A model generated the notes under the pieces. That model was given only the letters and a program-made list of their open reading frames with translations. It ran no database searches and had not been told where the DNA came from. A stretch of 64,000 nt of DNA from Heptranchias perlo (taxonomy: Eukaryota). The translations under genes were made by a program, and so were the position numbers. The stretch covers positions 29,078,001 to 29,142,000 of the forward strand of contig NC_090336.1 of NCBI RefSeq assembly GCF_035084215.1, given 5' to 3'. Below, one piece after another: positions 51,975 through 64,000 of this stretch; the stretch's first letter is position 1, and each line of letters opens with the position of its first letter.

Positions 51975-53090
51975 GGGGTCCATATTAGCCCACCCACGAT
52001 GGGCAGGCTAAAAATCATAAATTGGGGAAGGCCTCCCTAACCCGCCGCATATGCGCCTGCCGCCATTTTTACAGCAGTGGCGTGCGAGCGTCCCGTCTTA
52101 GAAAGGTGGGACACTTCATTATAATATTTAAATCAGGCTCCCACCTGAATGCTGATCTCCGGCCTATCCCGCTATCTGCCAGTCCCCCCTAGCTCCAACC
52201 CCTGATCTTTCCCTTCCTCCCTCGCCATTTCCGGGCTCTGGTCCCAACTGTCGACCAAGCTCCGATCTTGCTCTCCCCTCCTGATTGCCGGGCTCTGACC
52301 ACCCCCACCCCCGCCCCAATCCCAATTACCGGCCTTTCCCGGCTGCAGCCTCCCGTCGCTGGATTTCCCGCTTGGCAACCAGCCAACCTATCAATCTGGC
52401 CGGCTGCCAGGCGGGAAACACAAGAAGAAAATGATAATGAGGTCCTGCCGATAAATTCGCAGGACCTCTGCATCTTAAGGATTTCCAAGCTTTCCCCCGG
52501 CTACCACGCTCCGTTCCCAGAAATATCGGGACCTATATGTCTGTATTATCTCATTGATGAGCTTTTATCTATTTGCCAGTTTGAAGGTCATTTAACACAT
52601 TGACCCTGTTGGGAACAGTCCCCGGCAATTAGGAAAGATCGTGGGGTTAAAGGCTCGGGATTTGAGGGGGGGTGGGGGGAGGGGGGGTTGTCAGCCGATT
52701 GCGGCAATGAGGAGAGACCTCGATTGGCAGAAGGTTTGCTTGAAGGACCGGGGGAGCACTCCTGCTCCTCCTGGCTCGCAAGCAGTGCTATAAAAAGCAC
52801 TTACCTGCTTGATCTGGCTGCTCCCGTCTCCATTTAGCTGCCTGGTTTCCCGAGCCCTCTGAAACTCGGCTGGAAACTGTTAAATTTAAATCAGGCTCAC
52901 AACTGCACTGTGGGAGCCTGATTTAAATATTATAATGAAATGTCCCGCTTCTCCAAGACAGGACACTCGCACGACACTCGCCATTGTAAAAATGGCAGCA
53001 GGGCGTATGTAGCAGGTTGGGGTCACGTTCTGCAATTTCAAATTTTTGACAATAACTTTCTCTTCACCTATATTGTTGTCTCCCATTCTG
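51975..53090. mobile_element. Cluster of GC-rich MITEs related to 10692-11307
   Basis: Shared motifs aatgaggtcctgccg, aatatcgggacc and gagcactcctgctcc. Confidence 0.55.
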
Positions 53091-53312
53091 AAATTTAGAA
53101 ATCTTATGCTTGGATAACTTGATTAATCATTATGGCATACAATGTCTTTTCATTGTGGAATAATAAAGGATGAATTCTTGACTTAAATCAGGTGCAAACC
53201 TCAGTAGAAATTCAATGTTAGACAATGGATACAAGTCATTATAAACTTTTGTAAGATTTAACAAAAGCGCACTGAAAAAATATTCCCATCTTATTCAAAG
53301 AAGAGAACTTAC

Positions 53313-53633
53313 CTTTCACTGTGAGTTTAGCTTCCAGTGAACGACCATCAGGAAGTGATCGGTGCATCACGGTACACTTGTACTTATTACCATCATCATC
53401 CATTGTTGGTTCAATTCTCACTCTACTGGAAACATCAAAGGTTCCGTCACTGTTGGAAATTTGGGCACCAGTGCAGATATCTGTTGTTATTTTCACAGTT
53501 TTCTCCTTTGATATCTTTTCCCAGTTGAGATCATACTGCTGAGGATAAAATCCTCTAACGTCACATCTCACAGACCCCTCTGAGCCATTCAGAATGGTAA
53601 TGTCTTGTGTGGACAAATGCACCACTGGTTGAG
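53313..53633 (-). CDS. NCR3LG1-like: Gene A exon: extracellular Ig C1-set domain
   Basis: aacacag|CT ... AAA G|GTAAGT; 321 nt, phase 1-1. CDVRGFYP..W..CTG..NSDGTFDVSS..YKCTVMHRSL with both canonical Cys. Confidence 0.93.
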
Positions 53634-56030
53634 CTGTGTTAAAGATAAATGTAAGAATAGGTCAGACAGCCTGAAGGCATATTACCACAAATATCTAAAG
53701 CCAGGTCTAAATTATTGTTATGCAAACATATGCTAAACACATCACTTTCCCTCCAACAGCTATTTCTCGTGTATAATAATCCACTCTGTTTCTTCAAAGA
53801 TGTGCACAATAATATCTGGAGTGAATTAAGTAATTATTCCAATACCTCAAATTCAGATTCAAGCATTCCAAATTCCTCAATCACCAACACGCATTTTTAT
53901 ATCACGTTTAATGTACAAAAATGTTTCTAGGTGCTTCACAAATGTTGGGTAAGGGCGGGGGGGGGGGGATGGGGAATAGACAAGGTGACTAATGGCATGG
54001 TGGAATAGATATATTCTGCGAAGTTGTGTGAAAGCAGAGATAAAGCTCTGGTAGCAGCAATGGAATGGAGAGAACAGGGAATACACAGGAAGCCAGAGTT
54101 GGAGGAACAAAAGACTTGGGGTGGGGCATAAGGGTGGAGATATCACGGAGATCAGTTGGGTCAAAGTCGTAAAATGGTGTTATAGATGAGAACCAGCATA
54201 ATGAAATCAAAGTGGCAGCCAGTTCGGGTCAGCAAGAACTAGGGAGGTAGAATGCGGATAGTGGAGTTTTAAACAACGTGGAGTTTGTGGAGAGCGGAGC
54301 TTAGGAGCTGAGCGATGAGGTTGATCATAGAATCTTACAGCACAGCAGGAGGCCGTTTGGCCCGTCGTGCTGGTGTTGGAGAAATCAAACCTGAAGATGA
54401 CAACGGTATGGATAAGGGATTTTGCTGCAGATGGGGTAAGGTAGGAATGGAGGCAGGCAATGTTGCTGGCGTGGAAGTAAGTGGTCTTAGTGGTGGTTAG
54501 GACATGCAGTTTTGAAGCTGAGTTCTGGGTCAAGCAGGCCACTGAGATTGCACACAGCGCAACCTGAGCATGCATTGGGGAGGAGAGATAGATGGATGTC
54601 AGAACTGGAAACTGAACTAATAAAACTTAATGAGAAGAGGACACCATGCATGACTAGGGAGAGAGGGAGTAAAAGCATAATCGAAGGAATAGGTTTTTAA
54701 AAGAAGCTTTTTGAAGGAAGTGAGAGAAGTGACGAGGCAGAGTGGTTTAAGGAGAGAGATCCAGAGGGGAAAAGGCATGGTGACTGAAAGGGTAACCACC
54801 TAAAATAAGGTGGGGGAATGAAAAGCACACAGTAAATCAGTCAGAGGGGCAGAGATTGCATGGTGGGACATATGACTGGAGGAAATCACACAGGTAAAGA
54901 ACAGCAATGTTGTGGAAAGATTTGAAAATGAGGACATTATTGTCCTGTGGAACAGGGAGTAAATGGCGCTGGGTACAAACACGGGTAATGAGAGCGCAGG
55001 ATCTGTTGTGTGTGAGGACACAGGCTACAGAGTTTTGGAGTCACTGAAATTTGAAGGGTGGAGGAATGGTGACAAATGTGTTTGAGAAGTCAATCCTTGA
55101 CGTGACGAAAATTTCAATGGTAGAGGGGCTTGTTGGGGGCAGCGTTCGGGAGACAGGGAGAGTGTTGGGGGCAGCGTTCGGGAGAGAGAAGAATGTGGAT
55201 CTTAGCAACTGACCACTTGTGGGGTCAAGCTGGAAACCTAAATTTGCAGACCACCTCAAGCAGCTGGAGGGAATTTTGATTCACTGAGGTCTTGATGTCA
55301 GAGAGACAAATCAGAATAGTGACAGACTGAGAGTGAATGATGGAGGGCGAGAGATACAGTTGGGTGTCATCGGCAATATGAAAGCTGATCTCATGTTTGT
55401 GGATGACATCACCAAAGGGTAACATTTAATATTATAAAGCAAGTCAATCAGGGTAGTGGGTAACAATGAGCCATGGTCACAGTTACACAAGATATCATCA
55501 GTGACTTTCATCAGGGAGTCTCAGTACAGTGGACAAATTAGACACTGCATTGGAAGTAGAAGTGGGCACTGCATTGGGTGGTAAAAGCATATTTAAGGAT
55601 CTTGGCAAGGAAAGTGTTGGCTGGAGATCGGTTGATAGTTAGCAAGGAAAGGAGAGATGATGAGGAAGAGGAGGAAGAAGAAGGAGGAGATGAAGAGGGA
55701 GTGGAGGACAACAATGTACTTATATAACCTTTAATGTAGAAAAACCTCCAAAAAAGTTCAGAGAAATGCAAATCATTTTTAAAAATGCCAAGCCAAAATA
55801 GGAGATATTGGGAGTGCTGGTCAAAAGCTTGGTCAAAGAGGTAGGTTTTAAGGAGGGTCTTAAAGGATGAGGAGGAAGTGGAGAGATGGCGGCTGCTTAG
55901 GGAGGAAATGCCAGAACGTAGGGCCTAGGTGGCTGAAGGAATGGTAGGACAGGGGAGTGCAGGATGCAGTCAGTAGAACGGAGTGTACAGGGCAGGGTTA
56001 GTAAGCCTGGAGGAAGTTACAAGAGATATG

Positions 56031-57050
56031 GGCCCCGATATTTATGGGGGGGGGGGCGTTGCTAGGGCGCCTGTCAGCAGCTGGTAAACCTGGAAATACC
56101 AGTAAGGAGGAGGTCCTGCCGAATTTAAAGGCGGGACCTCATTAGAATTTTTTTACTCTGTTTCCCGCCCGGCAGCTGGCCAGATTGAGATGCTGGCTGT
56201 GGTCAGGCGTGAAAGCCTGCTGTAGAAGGCAGCAGCGATGGAGAGGAGGGAGGTAGGGATTGCGAGGCGCTTCACAGGAGCATTAGCAAACAAAATGTGA
56301 CACCGAGCCACATAAGGAGATATTAGGTCAGCTCGGATAAAGAGGTAGGTTTTAGGGAGCGTCTTAAAGGAGGAGAGAGAATTAGAGAGGTAGAGAGGTT
56401 GAGGGAGGGAATTCCAGGGCTTAGAGTCTGGGCAACTGATTCATGGTCGCCAGTGGTGAAGCGATTAAAATCGGGGATGTGCAAGAGGCCAGAACTGGTG
56501 GAGCGCAGAGATCTCGGAGGGGTGTAGGGCTGGAGGAGGTTACAGAGATCGGATCATGGTGGTGGGAGGGGGAAATCAGATTGTTGGGGGGGGGGGGGGG
56601 GGGGAGAGAAGGAAGGAGAAAGAGATTGGATCGCGAGGTGGGTGGGAGATCAGATCGCAGCAAGTTTGTTTGAGGGGCCCGGGGGGGCGGGGAGGAGAAG
56701 CACTATTGCTCCTCCAAACCCCCAAACGTTGCTGGAAAAGCGCTTACCTGCTGGATGCAGCAGCCCAAGCCTCCTATTAGTTGCCAGGTTTCCCGAGCCC
56801 CAGGAAGCCCGTGCTGTAGGCATTGATTCCAAGTCGCTGACAAGATCTGAGGCACGGAGCCTCAATTAAATATTAAAATTACCGATCCACTTCTCCAGAC
56901 CGGGTTACTCGGCCGACCCCAAACCCGCTGGATCTAGAAGCATCCGGGTTCACGATGGATTGGGGTCGGGTTTCCCATTTTTAACAATTCAACCCCCCAC
57001 CCCTGCCACTATTCCACCCGTCTTGGGGGGCGGTTAAAATCCCCCCCCCC
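56031..57050. mobile_element. GC-rich MITE interrupted by an L2 fragment (about 56265-56550)
   Basis: Starts ggccccgatatt, the same TIR as 10692; internal L2 tail sequence. Confidence 0.6.
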
Positions 57051-58083
57051 ACCATGGAAGGGTAAGGCCACAAAGGATTTAAACCATTTAAAATTTATGA
57101 ACTGCAGTTTAGCACTATTTATACACAATATTTTAAAAATATTTATTATATTGAGATTTTCCAAACCCTAGACAAACCTGCCAGGGAATAGACAATATTC
57201 TTATGCCATACAATTGGGTTACAATTGCTGCAGGAATTGGCCTCAAGAGGCCATAGAATTCTACAGGCTATAGAAATAATAGGGCTTAGAGTGATGGTTT
57301 AAAAAAAGTCCTCAGGTTTCCAGTTGTACATCTAACATATTAATATCAAACTTGTGTGCAATTTTTAAATTATGTTTTGTAGTGATACTCTGTTGGGATT
57401 GTGTGTATACTTTGTATTTTCTTCATTGGTTAAATAGCCATCATAGATTTCAATGTTGTGAGTATTCTGATTAGTTGTTTTAGGTTGTTTGTTCATTGGT
57501 ACCTGTGTGAGAGCCTGTTGGTTTTCTGTACCGAGCAGTTGAAATAATAAAAGGTTGTCACAGCACTCTTATTAAAGAAGCATTTGGGGGTAATTTTTTT
57601 TTTGTGCTCATCGCAGTTGGGCATCAGAACATTTTTTCAATTTTGTCATCCAGTGTCAGCAAACACTCATAGGTTGTGCTACCGAGTAAAATTCTTCAAC
57701 TCTGCCCCTCTACACTCTGTCTCACCTTTAACCTTAAAGAAGTACCCTTGCTGCACCATTGTAAGTTTCCTTTTTCCCCACACAGCCTTCCTGCTGGTTT
57801 TGGGTGTGAGATTGCCAATTCTGTGCCAAAATTAAGACTGCTCAAACTCATTTCACACATACTGCTAGCAGACAGAGCGGAATTTCAATCTATCAGCCTG
57901 AGCTGCATTCAAACCCAGGCTTCGTAGATGAAAAGGTAGTTTGCTAACCCAATGCATCATCTATTCTACCTTGAGCATGTTTATTTTACACCTTTATGCT
58001 TAAATGTACTGTACCTTACAGTGTTTCCCCAACCCAACAACTTAACACAAAGATCAACAGATTAAAATTTTGGAGACTCTTAC

Positions 58084-58425
58084 CTGACACCTGCATTTCT
58101 GCACTCTTTTCTGCCTTTTCAGGTGTGACAAATACAGAACAAGTGTATTCTCCTTCTTCATCAAACTGTACTTTTGGAAGATGAAGTGAAGCATCTCCTT
58201 TCTTTAATTTGGCCTCAGACATTTTTGCTCCTGGTCTTTTTGGGAAATGGGCTCCTGCCTGAAATCTATAGACCATTGTCCTCTGATTTTTGGGCCCAGT
58301 ATGCCACTCGACACCAACATTTGTTAGGTCAAAAGTGTTGTAGCCGGTAATCTTACATTCCAGGGAAACATCTTCATTCACTAAGACATGCTTTGGACTG
58401 GTGAATATGTTCACACCCAAGGTTT
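58084..58425 (-). CDS. NCR3LG1-like: Gene A exon: Ig V-set domain, B7-H6/NCR3LG1-like
   Basis: Acceptor gacatttag|AA, donor G|GTAAGA; 342 nt, phase 1-1. VSLEC..GVEW..RPGA..LKKGDASLHLP..EEGEYTCSVFVTP resembles the B7-H6 V domain as recalled (RPGA..LKSGDASLRLP..GEYRCEVVVTP). Confidence 0.92.
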
Positions 58426-58834
58426 CTAAATGTCAATAGAAGAATTAAACATTTTTATCGCCATTCAAGTATCACAACTAGAAATAAAACTGATTCAAAA
58501 TATGCTACTTGATGTGGCACAGTAGCACTTCAGATGCTCAGCTCCAAGGCACTGCCATGGAATGGTTGGATGCAAGTCACAACCATGATTCCCTGACGTG
58601 GTGTGCTACCAATCGGTCATCTCATTGAGAGGGGTTGAGCAAATGACAGATGCTTCCTCACAAGAAATTAGGGAGTATCACATTAGGTAATTCTCAGGCA
58701 TTCCCTAGCAGCTGATTATGAAGCAGCAAAGATGGAGACTTCAAAGCAGGTTGCATGACTGTCCTCCCAGGTGGGTATGATGCTCAGAATGGGGACACTA
58801 CGAAGAGAGAAAAATATCAGGAAGATATATTTGT

Positions 58835-58856
58835 ACACACACACACACACACACAC
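58835..58856. repeat. (CA)n microsatellite
   Basis: Seen directly. Confidence 0.9.
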
Positions 58857-58999
58857 TCTCCAAATCTGTTCCCCATCTCTCTCGAAGGTGACAGCTGGCG
58901 CTGTGGCAGGGTTCAACAGTCACCAGTAGTCCTCCACTATAGTCACTAGTAGCCTTCAAATAGCTTATCCAAGTGGTTACAGTAATGAATAAATAATAG

Positions 59000-60582
59000 C
59001 ACTAAAGAGTGACAAATCCCCAGGACCAGATGGTTCACACCCAGATGGTTTCCATCCCAGGGTTTTAAAGGAAGTAGGTGAGCACATTGCAGATGCCCTA
59101 ACTATAATCTTTCAAAGTTCTCTAGATTCAGGAACTGTCCCTCTAGATTGCAAAATTGTACGTCACTCTGCTTTTTTAAGAAAGGAGAGAGAGGGAAACC
59201 AGAGAATTATAGACCAGTTAGCCTAACATCTGTTGTGGGGAAAATGCTGGAATCTTAAGGATAGGGCGACTGAACACCTCGAAAATTTTCAGTTAATCAG
59301 AGAGCACCAGCATGGATTTGTGAAAGGTAGGACGTGCCTGACAAACCTGATTGAATTTTTTGAAGAGGTGACTAAAGTAGTGGACAGGGGAATGTCAATG
59401 GATGTTATTTATATGGACTTCCAGAAGGCATTTGATAAGGTCCCACATAAGAGACTTAGCTAAGATAGAAGCCTATGGAATCGAGGGAAAAGTACAGACT
59501 TGGTTAGGAAGTTGGCTGAGCAGAAGGCGACAGAGAGTAGGGATAATGGGTAGGTACTCACATTGGCAGGATGTGACTAGTGGAGTCTCGCAGGGATCTG
59601 TCTTGGGGCCTCAATTATTCACAGTATTTATTAACGACTTAGATGAAGGCATAGAAAGTCTCATATCTAAGTTTGCCGACGACACAAAGATTGGTGGCAT
59701 TGTAAGCAGTGTAGATAAAAACATAAAATTACAAAGGGATATTGATAGATTAGGTGAATGGGCAAAACTGTGGCAAATGGAATTCAATGTAGACAAATGT
59801 GAGGTCATCCACTTTGGATCAAAAAAGGATAGAACAGGGTACTTTCTAAATGGTAAAAAGTTAAAAACTGTGGCTGTCCAAAGGGACCTAGGGGTTCAGG
59901 TACATAGATCAATGAAGTGTCATGAACAGGTGCAGAAAATAATCAATAAGGCTGATGGAATGCTGGCCTTTATATGTAGAGGACTAGAGTACAAGGGGGC
60001 AGAAGTTATGCTGCAGCTATACAAAACCCTGGTTAGACCGCACCTGGAGTACTGTGAGCAGTTCTGGGCACCGCACCTTCAGAAGGACATATTGGCCTTG
60101 GAGGGAGTGCAGCGTAGGTTTACTAGAATGATACCCGGACTTCAAGGGTTGTTACGAGGAGAGATTACACAAATTGCGGTTGTATTCTCTGGAGTTTCGA
60201 AGGTTAAGGGGTGATCTGATCGAAGTTTATAAGATATTACGGGGAACGGATAGGGTGGAAAGAGAGAAACTATTTCCGCTGGTTGGGGATTCTAGGAGTA
60301 GGGGGCACAGTCTAAAAATTAGAGCCAGACTTTTCAGGAGGGAGATTAGAAAACATTTCTACAAAGGGTGGTAGAAGTTTGGAACTTTCTTCTGCAAACG
60401 GCAATTGATACTCGCTCAATTGCTAAATTTAAATGTGAGATAGATAGCTTTTTGGCAACCAAAGGTATTAAGGGATATGGGCCAAAGGCAGGTATATGGA
60501 GTTAGATCACAGATCAGCCATGATCTTATCAAATGGCGGAGCAGGCACGAGGGGCTGAATCGCCTACTCCTGTTCCCATGTT
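59000..60582 (+). mobile_element. CR1 LINE, 5'-truncated
   Basis: [33 protein letters not shown]. Confidence 0.92.
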
Positions 60583-63465
60583 ACAATATTTAGGTTTACA
60601 CGTGAATGGTAAGAAAACCATTCAGCCATGAAGGGCTGCACCTAATCTCTATTCTGCACTCACTGGATGTCAACATACCTGCACATTGCAGAAGTCTGTT
60701 GATTACAATCAGAAGTGGGTCCCTGGGCCATACAGGAAGTTTCTACTTGTCAGATATAGAGGGAACACTCTGTAAGGGCACATCCCACTTACCCAAGTCC
60801 AGAGAATTCAGATGCAGGTTGGCAATTGCCACACTTTAGGGACCCCCAGGTGAGGGTGCGCTATTGCTGGAGTGTAACCAACTAAAGCCACCCAGCTTAC
60901 CAGTTCAGAATTCTTGTCAGCTTCCCACTATTTGTCTAACTAGGGCCATCCCACTCATTAGGATATATGGCTTGCATGGTTACTTGGAGCTGCCCTGAAA
61001 GAATCTCAGGCCCCAGTGACAGGTCTGATTAATAACCTATTCTGGCTCACCAATCAACAGTGCCGGCGGACTTACCTGGCTTAAGTTCTGATACCGCCAC
61101 CGCAAAAGGTAAGTTTAATAAAAAAATACTTTCCTCAAACATGCAACCGGAAGAAGCAGTCCTGACAACAGTTGCCGACGGCGATGCTGTGGCCCGAAAT
61201 TTATATCCGCATTGCTGGTGACCTGCCTAGGGCCTACTTTAAATGAAGCCCGAGGCTTAATTCTGATCGGGTCTTGGGCCTACCTGTTTTAGCGCAAACC
61301 ACATTGCTAAAATCAATTATATTGCCCTCATCATCATTCCATTTCAGATCAGCTTTCTCAGCACAGATTAGGGGTCAAACCTGGAATCTTTCTGGTCTGT
61401 ATGGAAAGTCATCTTTTCTAATAGCTTCTCTTTGCTAAAACACTGTGAAACAAGACCTCTTTTCAGCATGCAGGCTGTAATCATATGCCTTGCCATTTTC
61501 ACGCAGGTACTGGAGTATAAACCGTAAAAGCCAAGTTATACTTAGCCTGACTCCTTCTCTGTGGTTCATACCACAAGCATGTGTGGGGCAATATTTCCAA
61601 CAATGTTGCAAAAGTAGTCGAGTCTGGAGGTGCCAAAGGCATGGAAATGGATTTCAGCAGCGGATGGGCAGTGGTGGAGGAGGGCGATGTGATAGAGGCA
61701 GTTCTTGTGATGGAGAGATATGGAGCTAGACGCTCAGCAGAGTTAATTGGGATGTCAAGGTTGCAAACAGTTTGGTTCAACCTAAGACAGTGGCCGGGAA
61801 AAGGGACGGAATTGGCGGCAAGGGTACGAAGTTTGTGGTGAGGGCCAAAGACAACGGCTTTGGTGTTCCCGATGTTCAGTTGGAGGAAATAGCGGCCCAT
61901 CCAGGACTAGATGTCTGACAACACAGAGGCAGTGAGGTAGAGCTGGGTGTTGTCAACATACATGTGGAACCTGACCAGTGTCTTCGGATGATGTCGCCAA
62001 GGGGCAGCAAGTAGATAGGTAAGAGGATAGATCCTTAGGAGACTCTAGAGGTTACGGTGTGGAGGAAGGAAAAGAAGCCATTGCTGGAGATGTTCTGGTT
62101 ACAATTGGATAGATCAAGTGAGGATTAAAAAAAGAGAAACCTAAATCCCAACCTTTCTTTATGTATTACATCTATCTAATCACATTCTGTTCTAACATTC
62201 CTTACATCGACATTATGCAAGGCCCTCTCTATATTCTTTACCCAAGTACAGTATTAATATAAACTGTAAAAATAATCCCTTGATTTTAAATGTTTTCCAA
62301 AATAATTACTGCATTTTCCCCCCCAATGAATAGAAGCTTTTCCATTGAAGAAGAAAAAAAGCTTTTGGACTGCACCAGTGAACAAGAGATGGAAGATCTA
62401 GCTCCAGCTATTTGTGCATCTTTCTTATTTTACACTACAAATGAACAAACAAACTTGTATTTATGTAGCACCGATCACACCCTCAGGGTGTCCCAAAGAG
62501 CTTCACAGCCAATGCATTACTTTTGAAGTGCAGTCACTGTTGTTGCATGGTCAAAAAGGACCTTTGGGTCCAGACCACAGTGTCTCCCAGCTGACCCTGA
62601 CTGCACCAGTGAACAAGGGATTGGACACCTAGAACAGGCGACAGGAAGCAGCAAATATGACTACCCACAGTTCCATAAAAAAAACGTAACAAGCCAGAGG
62701 CAATCCAAATAAAGACAGGAAAGGCAGAACAGCACTCGGGAAATGCAAATAAACAGAGGTTAAACAACATATAAGCCAACCCCAGAAGAGGGACAGTAAG
62801 TGGCCATAGTCATAACCAGCAGCAAATGAATACTTCTTATCCACTGGAGCAGCAAATAGGAGGATTAAAAGTGTACATAAGAAGTGTTAACTCAAAGTCT
62901 CTGCAGGTGGGACACAGATCAATGGTTAAATGGAGCCAGAAAGCTCAGGTATAGTGTCCTGCTTTTGAAAACCGTTTTCCCCCATTGTGAATTCCTTGAG
63001 TTATGTTGCTCTCCACCCTCTCAATTCCAATCACTCTAGCAGATGGTCAACGGGAAAGCCATTTAAAAAAAACGGTTAGCCAGTCCAGACAGTATCAATT
63101 GAAGTCCCAATTGCTGACGTAGGACTGCAGCATGAATCTTTGTACCAGGAGGACAAAGGGGAGGCCTCAGTTCAGAACGTGGAGACACTAATGCAGAATA
63201 GGTGAGCAGCAGACTGACCACATTGCTGAAGAAAATAACTAAGTATATTCTGCGACAAAAATGAAGCATTTTTCTCTGTTAGATTTTCTACTGGATTCTT
63301 TATTGCTGGCTACAAAGTTACAGTCAGTTATTGCGTAATGCCTTCTGCAGGCTGGAGGGAATCTACAATACAATCTAGCTGATATTCACATTTTATGGCA
63401 AGATAGCGACATGAAAAATTCTACAATTCATTGGTGTGCATGGGATGACTGTTCATATTGTACCT

Positions 63466-63753
63466 GGATGTGGGCGTCGCAGGTCACAAAGTATTTGGCA
63501 CAAATAAATGGATCAAGCCATCCCATTCAATTCCATCATCCTTGGTGACTGAGGTAGTGGTTTTGATTGACAGCTGCAACTGAGGTGAAGATGTAAGTCG
63601 GGACTGAGGGGGAGCAGGGCCCACGATTCTTTGTAGTCTCTTTGAGATACAGCTCTGTGACCAGGAGCTTCCGATTGTGAGCTAATATTTGTCACCCTGT
63701 GCTCAGCTCACCAGTCTGTCTAAAACCAGGAGGCAAACTGCTTTGTCAGTGAT
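63466..63753 (-). repeat. 288 bp segment duplicated in inverted orientation at 31548-31835
   Basis: The same 60 aa ORF appears at both sites; one mismatch seen (caccAagg vs caccTagg). Confidence 0.95.
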
Positions 63754-64000
63754 TATTTGATAGTGTTTCACCATATAAGGAGTAATTGTGTTTCAAAAAT
63801 AAATTTTACATTGGAGGTAGCCAGGAGAAGTGCCTTTGTTCTTTTGACAATGAGGAGATTAGCAAAGGTTACAACTATTGTAGGTACGCACTTTATACCA
63901 ACTACCGTTTACTTACCTTTTCAAAACTGAATAAATTTGTCAGTTGGTTTAGAAACTGAGCCTTGTTCTGATAGACTGCATATATAACTAACCCATCAAA

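Noticed and set aside
57372-57631. Possible solo LTR (tgttttg...cagaaca with AATAAA)
   Set aside because: No matching target-site duplication.
32832-58425. Rearranging antigen receptor locus (IgW/IgNAR/TCR) suggested by V plus many C exons
   Set aside because: The V exons are complete through the G strand and end in splice donors; no RSS, D or J segments were seen; the TM lies before the C array; the motifs match B7-H6.
61068-61085. U1 snRNA-like acttacctggc
   Set aside because: The match does not extend; it is only the reverse complement of a donor-like motif.

Overview
Repeat-rich vertebrate genomic DNA, most likely a cartilaginous fish (inferred from the CR1/L2/Penelope/Harbinger repeat content). 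The window holds two tandem minus-strand B7-family, NCR3LG1/B7-H6-like genes, reconstructed exon by exon from GT-AG sites. Gene A (58425->32832; leader exon not found) is IgV-IgC1-TM followed, in frame through phase-1 introns, by seven more C1-type Ig exons. Five of those seven lack one of the two canonical Ig cysteines, so the gene predicts a type I receptor of about 1,050 aa with an intracellular array of Ig domains. Gene B (13441->2345 or beyond) is leader-IgV-IgC1-TM, with a CpG-rich promoter overlapped by a minisatellite and inverted Penelope termini. The rest is transposable element sequence: many CR1 and L2 fragments, Penelope-like elements with minimal hammerhead ribozymes, Harbinger remnants and MITEs, a solo LTR, a 1.7 kb tandem duplication, and a 288 bp intronic segment copied into a LINE tail 32 kb away. 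Repeat boundaries are approximate unless stated; family names rest on recalled motifs, not database searches.
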